A stretch of 64,000 nucleotides of DNA from an uncultured Acholeplasmataceae bacterium (GTDB lineage: Bacteria; Bacillota_I; Bacilli_A; Acholeplasmatales; Acholeplasmataceae). Below the pieces are notes generated by a model. The model did no database searches, had not been told where the DNA came from, and saw nothing but the letters and a program-made list of their open reading frames with translations. The stretch is from assembly GCA_963540875.1 (NCBI GenBank), contig CAUTQZ010000006.1:1225-65224 (forward strand), written 5' to 3'. The position numbers and the translations under genes were made by a program. Numbering within the stretch: position 1 is the stretch's first letter; each line of letters begins with the position of its first letter. This document shows positions 26,521 through 34,467 of this stretch, one piece after another.

Positions 26521-26537
26521 TAAAACCCGAAATAAAA

Positions 26538-26608
26538 AGCAGGTGATGGGAATCGAACCCACACTATTAGCTTGGGAAGCTAAAGTTCTACCACTAAACT
26601 ACACCTGC
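26538..26608 (-). tRNA. tRNA-Gly (CCC), no encoded CCA
   Basis: Hand-folded from the minus strand. Acceptor GCAGGTG/CACCTGC with discriminator T. D arm GTTT-AGTGGTA-GAAC. Anticodon arm TTAGC-TTCCCAA-GCTAA. T arm GTGGG-TTCGATT-CCCAT. Confidence 0.9.
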
Positions 26609-26710
26609 CTAAATAATAAAATTATTTAGCTATATATCCTTATAATATTAGGATTACCTTCTAGATATATATTCCTTAATAAGATAATAATTTGAATTAA
26701 TTTACAAGCC

Positions 26711-29302
26711 TTATTTTAAAGTAATACTAATAACCGTATTTTTTACTAAGCTAAAAGTATAACACTGTGCATTTTTATCGTATTCTGCTTTTTTTGTTTT
26801 ATCGCTTGTATAGTATACTGCTTTAATCTTACTAGCATATTCAGGCTTAATATAAACATATACTGTAGTACCTTCAAAATGCATATCTTTAATACTTGGT
26901 ATTATTTCTTCAATATATTTACTAGACTCAATATCACCAATTTTAATTTTTGCAAGATAACTAATACCATAATCTACGGTCGTATTTTTAGAGACAATAA
27001 ATTTTGCTTCATATTTTTCGTTAACCTCTACTTGATTATTATTAATATTAAGACGATGAATCGCTGTTTTATCTTCTTTACCAAATGCATCTAAAATTGG
27101 TTTAAATTTAACTGTTAACTCAGTACCACCTGAAATTTGTGATATATCTAATACTTTATCACCATTAGGCAAAGTAATAGATTCAATATATTTTGAGTAA
27201 TTAGAATTATTTAAACCTGCTGTATTATCACCAAGATTTGAAAAAGTTAAACTATAGGTTAATACCTTAGCCTTAATTCTTAACTCATAATCTTTTAACA
27301 GTTTGAAATCAAATCTGTATACACGATAACTTACCTGCTCAGGAGTTGTAAGAACATCTTTTGATATATCTTTAACTTCACTATATTCTGGAAGAATAGA
27401 GCTTCCATAATATATTTTTTCAGTATTATCTTCTTTGTTATATAAAGAAAGTTCTTCTAATTCATAAAATTGTGGTAGCTTAATTTTAGCTTCTAATTTA
27501 GAGTTTTTATTATATATATTATATTCTAAATTACCATCATATTTTTTATTGCTTAATGTTATAGTATTACTAGGCTTAACGTTATTAATTAGTTTTTCGT
27601 TATTAACATAAAGAAATTTTGCTTCTTGTGCTTCACTAAAAAATTTAGTATCACTATCTATAGAAAATAATAACTCATTATTTTTCTCAAAATGAATTGT
27701 TGTTAATTCTTTTCTAAATACAATAATTCTACGGTCATTTTTTTCTGTTTTTTTAACTTTAAAAATGCTTCCACATAAATATTTTTTTTCAGGGCTCCAC
27801 AGCTCTTCACTACCATTTGAAGTGATGTGATAAATAGAAATTGAATTAGGGATTAATGATTTAACATCATCATTTTCTGCACTTAGCTGGTATTCATTAT
27901 TATCTTCTAATACTGAAACATTACAAAAAGTATGATTGCTACAATCTAATTTAATAAATTTATTAATTGTTGAGGTTTCATTTGAAGTTTCTTGCTCTTT
28001 GGTAATAATTATTTCATCATATTTATTTTTAACTGTTTTTAATCCGTAATCTTGATAATTTATCGAATCTATTTTATGGCCTGTTTTTGAAAATAAACGA
28101 AAAGTAAATTCTTTAGTATCTTGATTAAAATAGCTGGGGTGATACAAAAGTTTTTTTCCTTTTGCTAAATCGTATTGTGCAACATCAGATAAAATATTAT
28201 AATTATTAGTATTAGTAAATGTTATAACATATTGCTTTTCTTCGCTAGTTCCAAATTCTAATTTTTTAACTAAATTAGCAAGCTTTTCAAATTTATCTGC
28301 AGGAAATCCACTAGTCATTGATTTTAATTCATTATATATATTTTGTGCTTCAGAAATTATTTCGATAGATTTTGATGGGTCAATTCGTAAAATTCCAATT
28401 TCCTTACTTACTTTATCTACTGGAATATCTAATGAATAAAGTGTTGACGGAAGCAAAGCAATTGCCATTTGATTCATTACATCTGTAACATTTACCGCAC
28501 TTATATATAGCTCTTTAGAGATATTAATCACTGAGCCTGTAGCTTTAATTTTTATTCCTTTTTCACCATTTAAATAAAGAATGCTATCTTTGTTATCCTT
28601 AGGTTTTACTAATAAGCGAGTATTAATTACTAACTCATTAAAATTAGGCGTTTTACCATTTAAGTCAGTAAAAGTAAACTGATCTAGAATATTTCCTAAA
28701 AAAGATAATTTTATTTTTTTATCAATAAGTTGTTGAGTAGCTTTTATTTTACTAGCTTCATTTATAGTTAAACTATTTACTATAATTTCATCCTTATCAG
28801 TTGAAAGTACTTGATCTAATTTTTTATTATTTAATAAAACATCTACTAAATTATAGCTTGGTGCAGCGATTACTTTTAAACTTCCACTGCTTCCTTTTGA
28901 TAAAAGAAATTCATGCCCTAATAAGGGCTTTGCTTCGTTATTTAGCGTAAAATAAAAATTAGTACCTTTAAAACTAGTCATTTGAACTAAAACTAAATTA
29001 GAATCTAATTTTGCTTTTCCTTTATCTAGTGCGATATTATCAACTAATGTTTTTAATTGAGCTAAATACTTTTTATCTTTTTTTGCTTTTGGAAGTAGTT
29101 CTTCAATTTCTGATCTTAAATCTTTTGAACCTTTAGCAAGTAAGTAATTGCTAGGAACATTATCTACTGATAAATGTTCATTAATTATTACTGATTTATC
29201 TAAAAGTTGCTCAGCTTTTTTAATTGTTTTAGATCCACTACATCCACTTAAAATAAAAATTAAACTTGTAAATGTGAAAATTAAAAATAAATATTTTTTC
29301 AT
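26711..29302 (-). CDS. Large lipoprotein of unknown function (863 aa), last gene of glycan cassette A
   Basis: Lipobox FTSLIFILSGC. Lys/Asn-rich with many short beta-strand-like alternating segments. SD GGAGGAAATAATG. Begins 9 nt after the MalG-like permease gene. Confidence 0.7.
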   Translation of the reverse strand: MKKYLFLIFTFTSLIFILSGCSGSKTIKKAEQLLDKSVIINEHLSVDNVPSNYLLAKGSKDLRSEIEELLPKAKKDKKYLAQLKTLVDNIALDKGKAKLDSNLVLVQMTSFKGTNFYFTLNNEAKPLLGHEFLLSKGSSGSLKVIAAPSYNLVDVLLNNKKLDQVLSTDKDEIIVNSLTINEASKIKATQQLIDKKIKLSFLGNILDQFTFTDLNGKTPNFNELVINTRLLVKPKDNKDSILYLNGEKGIKIKATGSVINISKELYISAVNVTDVMNQMAIALLPSTLYSLDIPVDKVSKEIGILRIDPSKSIEIISEAQNIYNELKSMTSGFPADKFEKLANLVKKLEFGTSEEKQYVITFTNTNNYNILSDVAQYDLAKGKKLLYHPSYFNQDTKEFTFRLFSKTGHKIDSINYQDYGLKTVKNKYDEIIITKEQETSNETSTINKFIKLDCSNHTFCNVSVLEDNNEYQLSAENDDVKSLIPNSISIYHITSNGSEELWSPEKKYLCGSIFKVKKTEKNDRRIIVFRKELTTIHFEKNNELLFSIDSDTKFFSEAQEAKFLYVNNEKLINNVKPSNTITLSNKKYDGNLEYNIYNKNSKLEAKIKLPQFYELEELSLYNKEDNTEKIYYGSSILPEYSEVKDISKDVLTTPEQVSYRVYRFDFKLLKDYELRIKAKVLTYSLTFSNLGDNTAGLNNSNYSKYIESITLPNGDKVLDISQISGGTELTVKFKPILDAFGKEDKTAIHRLNINNNQVEVNEKYEAKFIVSKNTTVDYGISYLAKIKIGDIESSKYIEEIIPSIKDMHFEGTTVYVYIKPEYASKIKAVYYTSDKTKKAEYDKNAQCYTFSLVKNTVISITLK

Positions 29303-29311
29303 TATTTCCTC

Positions 29312-30259
29312 CTATCCTACAATTCCTGAATTTTCAAAATTCTGTACAAAACTTTTTTGAATAATAAAATATAAAAGTAAAACTGGTCCGATAAATAATA
29401 AATTAGTAGCACCCGTAACAGATGGCATATAATACTTATTCATAATATTATGTCCTGTTATATCTACAAATATTCTGCTTGCGCTTCCTTCACTTACGCT
29501 ACCCATCTTATTTGCTAATAGTTGTGCATTCCTTGCAAAGAACCCAGAATAGAATGCATCACCATAATTCCAAACAAAAGCAAATACTGCTACTGTAATA
29601 ATGATTGTTTTAGCATTAGGTAAAATTACTAAAAAGAAAGTTTTAACAAATCCACAGCCATCCATTTTGGCAGCTTCATATAATTCATTAGGTAAGCCTT
29701 GATAAAATTGTTTAAATAAATATATAAATAATCCTTGTTTAATTCCTTGCCCGAAAATAGCTAGTAAATAAATAGAAAATTCTGACCCATACAGACCATT
29801 TGGACCAAATGCTTTCATATTTTTAAAGAATAAATAAAGTGGCATTGCGATAATTGATGGTGGAATAATTATTGTTATTAAAACAAAGAGAAAAAATACT
29901 CGTGATACTCTTTTGTCCATAATATGTAAACCATATCCTGCGCACGCTCCAATAGCAACCTGGATTACCATAATAACAAAGGCATATAGAAGCGTTCTAG
30001 GTAAACTTACTTTATAGTTTAATAACTCACTTCCCACATTAAAAGCAAGTCCACTTACCCTCCATGGGATCCATCTTGAATTAGCTGCAGTAATATATTC
30101 ATACTTTGTAATGGCAGGTACTAGGGCTCTTATTAAAGGAAATAAAATTACAAATGATAAACCAATAATTAAAATAGTTCTAATTATAACAACTAAAGTT
30201 TTATTTCGTGCTTTAATATATTTATAATTTACATTTTTTTTATTTTCTCTTTTTATCAT
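29312..30259 (-). CDS. Carbohydrate ABC transporter permease (MalG-like, CUT1), copy A
   Basis: EAA loop ELYEAAKMDGCGFVKTFFLVILP and 6 TM segments. C-terminal LLLYFIIQKSFVQNFENSGIVG is identical to copy B. Confidence 0.9.
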   Translation of the reverse strand: MIKRENKKNVNYKYIKARNKTLVVIIRTILIIGLSFVILFPLIRALVPAITKYEYITAANSRWIPWRVSGLAFNVGSELLNYKVSLPRTLLYAFVIMVIQVAIGACAGYGLHIMDKRVSRVFFLFVLITIIIPPSIIAMPLYLFFKNMKAFGPNGLYGSEFSIYLLAIFGQGIKQGLFIYLFKQFYQGLPNELYEAAKMDGCGFVKTFFLVILPNAKTIIITVAVFAFVWNYGDAFYSGFFARNAQLLANKMGSVSEGSASRIFVDITGHNIMNKYYMPSVTGATNLLFIGPVLLLYFIIQKSFVQNFENSGIVG

Positions 30260-31193
30260 AATGACCTCCTCTTTGGATAAGTTTTAATAAAATCATAATA
30301 ATAAATAGCATTCCTAGGGTAAGTGCTGTAAAAATAACAGATATTACGGCTTTAATTTCAATTGAAAATTGATTTTGATTATCAATTATTAAAAGGGTTA
30401 ATTTAGAACGATATAGCAAATCAATTAAAGTGTATATAATAACTGATGATAAAATTGGGAAAATAGATGGGATGGTAATTTTAAAAAATTGTTCATATTT
30501 ATTAGCACCCTCTATATCAGCAACTTCGTATAGAGTTGGATTTATACTTTGAATAGCAGCTAAAAAAATTAAAATTTGTACACCTGATAGCATTAGAATA
30601 TTAAACACACCACTAACTGCAGACTGTAAAAAAGTTAAAATACTAACTGGAATTTCTGATGACATAAATATTTTCTTTATATCAAAAAAACGATAAAATG
30701 CTGAATCTGATAAAAGCCCGCTGGCATCACTTCCTGCTGTAGCAAATGAATTATAAACGCCAGGTAATGCAAAAATAATTGGTAGAAAAAAGATAGTTCT
30801 TGCTACTCCTCTACCTCTAAATTTTTGATTTAATAAAACTGCTATTAATAATGAAAAAACTGTTATTAAAGGAATCATTAAAGCCGTATCTGCAATAGAT
30901 GATAGCAAAAACTCAGTAAATGTATGTTTTTTCCCTTCTAATTCTATGATCTGATTACTAAATAAATTACTATAATTTTTCCATCCATTATTACTAAAAG
31001 TTAATCCCCCTTTAGCACCAAATTCTATTTTATTAAATGAATAATAAATAGTAGTGACAAAAGGAGTTATAAAAAATACTGAAAAACCAATTAACCACGG
31101 AAGAAAAAAGATAAAAGACCAAAACTGATCAATTGTTTTTTGTTTTAATTTAATTTTTTTATTATTTTTTAGTTTTAATTGCATTACTCTCAC
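30240..31193 (-). CDS. Sugar ABC transporter permease (MalF-like, CUT1), copy A
   Basis: EAA loop LYEVADIEGANKYEQFFKITIPSIFP and multiple TM segments. Start is GTG at 31193 or ATG 9 nt downstream. Confidence 0.9.
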   Translation of the reverse strand: MRVMQLKLKNNKKIKLKQKTIDQFWSFIFFLPWLIGFSVFFITPFVTTIYYSFNKIEFGAKGGLTFSNNGWKNYSNLFSNQIIELEGKKHTFTEFLLSSIADTALMIPLITVFSLLIAVLLNQKFRGRGVARTIFFLPIIFALPGVYNSFATAGSDASGLLSDSAFYRFFDIKKIFMSSEIPVSILTFLQSAVSGVFNILMLSGVQILIFLAAIQSINPTLYEVADIEGANKYEQFFKITIPSIFPILSSVIIYTLIDLLYRSKLTLLIIDNQNQFSIEIKAVISVIFTALTLGMLFIIMILLKLIQRGGHYDKKRK

Positions 31194-33823
31194 TTAATTA
31201 TCAAATAACTATATGGTGGTACTTGATAAGAATTTAGTTCTGTATCTGTATAATTTTTATGAATTCCATCTAAATTAAATAAAACTTTTTTTATAGAACC
31301 TTCTTTTTGATATGTTACTAAAAATAAATTAGGTTCTAGTAAAGTATGCTCCATAATATTATTTCCAACTATTTTTTGATAATCTTTAATTTTATTATAA
31401 AATTCATTAATAACTTCTTTATTATGATTAAAATAAGTATTATAGTACTTATTATCTTCTAGGGCATTGCGAGTAATTGTAGTATCTTTTCCAGTTATAT
31501 TAAATGTTGGATAAGTATTAGTTAAAAGAGCATAAGTTAAATAAAAATTACTTGGTTTGTTTTCGATATCTTCATTTGTAGCTGGTAGCATTACTTTATA
31601 TTTAAACGAATATAATAACGGCAAAAACGGTACTTGGGCTTTGTATAAGGGATTACCTGAATAACTTAATTGCATATCATAAATTAAATCTGCACTCTTA
31701 GCATAATCATAATAAGGATTTTTTAATGCAAGGTTTTGCCTTTTAGCACTTCTTAAACTATTTAATACTATTTGCTTAATAAGTTCAGGCGCTAGCTTAT
31801 GATTACTAAAATCACTATAAACTAAATTTCCTAAATCATCTACTGCAATAGAACTAAATTGATTATATTTATTATAGTATTGCATAACACTTAATAGTTT
31901 ATCAGGATTTAACAAGTAATATTTTTGACCAGTATATGCGTTTTCCTTAGTATTAAATTCATTTAATGCTCTTGTTTCACCAGATAAAACTTGAATACCA
32001 TCATATTTATTACGAAAACTTCCTTTGTTTTCACTATAAGTTTTAATTAAAGAATTTATAAAATAATAATTAGGATTATCTCTTTCTATTTGAGTGGTAT
32101 TTTCAAAATCTCTTAACTTATATGAAGGTATTTGATTATATAAACCTCCTTGTTGCCAGTTAGTAAAAAAGAAAGTTTTTGAAGTATTTTTTAGTTGTTC
32201 TTCTATTTTTTTAAACTCAGTACTACTAGTAAGAAGATGTTGTTCGTTAGTAGGAACTCCAAATGACGAGTTAGTCTTATTTATGGATTTAATAATATTA
32301 ATAGGTACTTCACCATCATAGTAATGATTAGCACGCACTTTATTAGTTATTTTGGCATATGTTTTAGCATAATCATAATAACTAACTTCTTTATTATCAT
32401 CTCTTTTAATAAGTTTATACCCAACACTAAATCTATCTTTATTATATTCAGGAGAATATGCATCGGTTTTAGAATCACCTAGAAAATAACGGTCGCCTTT
32501 AAATTTTAGTGTAAACTCAGGATATAAACATCTAAAATCAATTGAACTATTATTACCATATTCAACTACTTTAGAGCAATATAGCTTAGTCTGAAAGGCC
32601 CCGTTAGTAATATGCATAAGGGTGGCGTGATTAGTTGTTCCACTTTTTTGATTAATACCAATAAGAGGTACTCTGATAGTAGTTTTAGCGGTATCTCCGT
32701 TTTGTTTATATAAATAAAAATCTTGATCGTATACTCTACCGCTCCAGTGTTCGATTTTATTAGTTGAAGCAATAGCGCCAGTACCATCTGGAAGTAATAG
32801 CTCGTTGTTATTATTTTCAACTGCTAACGCCCCTGGATTTAATTTAATACTACTAATAACCCATCTTCCGCCATCAATAGAAGGACTATCTTGCTTTATC
32901 TGTTCAGTTAAAACAGTAGTATAAAATTGGTTATCTTTAATGTAGTAAGCAATTGGGATAATAAACTCATATTTGTTAATAACTTTACCAACATTAAATT
33001 TTAATAAACTTTTATCATTTAATTTATATATTTCATACCAAATTTTAAAAACATTATTTATATGATATATTCTATTAGTTAGTGGATAGCCAAAAGTATA
33101 CTTACTATTTTTATTAGCTTTACCCTCATCTCGGGTATAGCAAGTTTCTAATGAATTTATTAAGCTAGCGCTATCAAATGGTGAAGCTTTTTCTTTAATT
33201 AGTTTTTTAAGACTTGCTAATTCATTTGGACTTAGTAAATGTGGTATTAAAGAACCATCTCTTGGATCTGAGATAACTTTATAATTTATAATAAAACCTT
33301 TATGAGTAGTTAGTTCCTTAACTTTTTCAACTGAAACAAAACGAGATTTACCATTTATTGTAATAAGGGAGCCAGTATCAGTTGAAAAGCAGGCTTGCAA
33401 AACAAATGGTGCATATATGTCTTCTTTTTTTCTAAGATGAAATTGATGCAGATCATCAAGTGGGGCTAATTTATTTCTAACGTATTCTGATGGATATAAA
33501 CTTAGATTTAATCCCTTATTTTTAAATGAAATATTATGAATTTCATTTTCCCAACTAATTTGTGAATCACCCTCGGTTTTACTTATCAGATGATTCTTAG
33601 CAAGAGTTTTATAATTAATATCTTTACCACTGAATATTTCATATGCTATCCGATTAGGTATAATAGAAGTTAATTTATATTTGAAACTTAGTGAAATAAA
33701 TACTAAAGAAAATATAAGTAAAATTATCCATAAGTAAACAGCAACTTTATAAACTTTTTTTAATTTATAAAATTTTTTATAATTATTAACAATTAAATTT
33801 TTAACTGTAGTTTGTATGTTCAC
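31190..33823 (-). CDS. 877-aa single-pass membrane protein with a large extracytoplasmic domain (possibly DUF5696-like), copy A
   Basis: N-terminal TM VAVYLWIILLIFSLVFISLSF. Blocks conserved with the paralog at 54776..57358: IWYEIYKLNDKSLLKFN, SSIKLNP, LLPDGTGAI, FFFTNWQQGGLYNQIP, IAVDDLGN. The family name is a recollection and is not verified. Confidence 0.55.
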   Translation of the reverse strand: MNIQTTVKNLIVNNYKKFYKLKKVYKVAVYLWIILLIFSLVFISLSFKYKLTSIIPNRIAYEIFSGKDINYKTLAKNHLISKTEGDSQISWENEIHNISFKNKGLNLSLYPSEYVRNKLAPLDDLHQFHLRKKEDIYAPFVLQACFSTDTGSLITINGKSRFVSVEKVKELTTHKGFIINYKVISDPRDGSLIPHLLSPNELASLKKLIKEKASPFDSASLINSLETCYTRDEGKANKNSKYTFGYPLTNRIYHINNVFKIWYEIYKLNDKSLLKFNVGKVINKYEFIIPIAYYIKDNQFYTTVLTEQIKQDSPSIDGGRWVISSIKLNPGALAVENNNNELLLPDGTGAIASTNKIEHWSGRVYDQDFYLYKQNGDTAKTTIRVPLIGINQKSGTTNHATLMHITNGAFQTKLYCSKVVEYGNNSSIDFRCLYPEFTLKFKGDRYFLGDSKTDAYSPEYNKDRFSVGYKLIKRDDNKEVSYYDYAKTYAKITNKVRANHYYDGEVPINIIKSINKTNSSFGVPTNEQHLLTSSTEFKKIEEQLKNTSKTFFFTNWQQGGLYNQIPSYKLRDFENTTQIERDNPNYYFINSLIKTYSENKGSFRNKYDGIQVLSGETRALNEFNTKENAYTGQKYYLLNPDKLLSVMQYYNKYNQFSSIAVDDLGNLVYSDFSNHKLAPELIKQIVLNSLRSAKRQNLALKNPYYDYAKSADLIYDMQLSYSGNPLYKAQVPFLPLLYSFKYKVMLPATNEDIENKPSNFYLTYALLTNTYPTFNITGKDTTITRNALEDNKYYNTYFNHNKEVINEFYNKIKDYQKIVGNNIMEHTLLEPNLFLVTYQKEGSIKKVLFNLDGIHKNYTDTELNSYQVPPYSYLIIK

Positions 33824-34467
33824 TTCTTAATTCTAAATCCTATCTCTTCAAAAAATTGACCAATAAAGCCAAATGATAATTGTAGTAAATGAAAAAATAA
33901 AAAGATAACATATAGTAAAACTAGAAAGGCAAATAAAGTTGTTATTATCATCAAAACATTTTTAAAAAATCCGTATTCATGAATAACTACTAAACCAATC
34001 ATTAATACAATTGCACCAATAGTATAGCCTATATAATTACCTACCTGTAAAAGAGCATAATCACTTTTGGTTATTAAATTTGATAAAATAACTGTTATAA
34101 AACGAAATAGTATAACTGCAAATAATGAATAACATAATACTAGATATATCTTTTTTAAAGAGCCATTACCATCAAATAGAGTCGTTACTAAATAATTAGC
34201 TACAACTAGTAATAAAAGGGGCAATATACTACTTATAAATAAAAGGGGGGCATTAAGTAATCTAAAATCATTATTATTTATTATAAAGCCTGTAAAACGA
34301 TATTCAAATATTCTTAATATACCATATAAAAATAGCCATAAAGTTGCAGATAATAAGTCTCCTTCTTTATTATCAGATAATTGGTCCCATTTTTTAAACG
34401 GAAAGACAATAATTGATTGTGGAAAAATTATTAAATTATGAAAAAAATTATTAATTTTTTGCTTCAT
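33820..34467 (-). CDS. Yip1-like 5-TM membrane protein, copy A
   Basis: 215 aa with about 5 hydrophobic helices and an N-terminal IIFPQSIIVFPFKKWDQL motif typical of bacterial Yip1/DUF1282 proteins. It has 4-nt overlaps with both neighbours. Confidence 0.55.
   Translation of the reverse strand: MKQKINNFFHNLIIFPQSIIVFPFKKWDQLSDNKEGDLLSATLWLFLYGILRIFEYRFTGFIINNNDFRLLNAPLLFISSILPLLLLVVANYLVTTLFDGNGSLKKIYLVLCYSLFAVILFRFITVILSNLITKSDYALLQVGNYIGYTIGAIVLMIGLVVIHEYGFFKNVLMIITTLFAFLVLLYVIFLFFHLLQLSFGFIGQFFEEIGFRIKK

Noticed and set aside
26609-26710. Terminator after the 863-aa lipoprotein gene / promoter for tRNA-Gly
   Set aside because: Only a 5-bp stem (ATCCT...AGGAT) is available, and I could not identify a convincing -35/-10 pair. 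I left this region unannotated.
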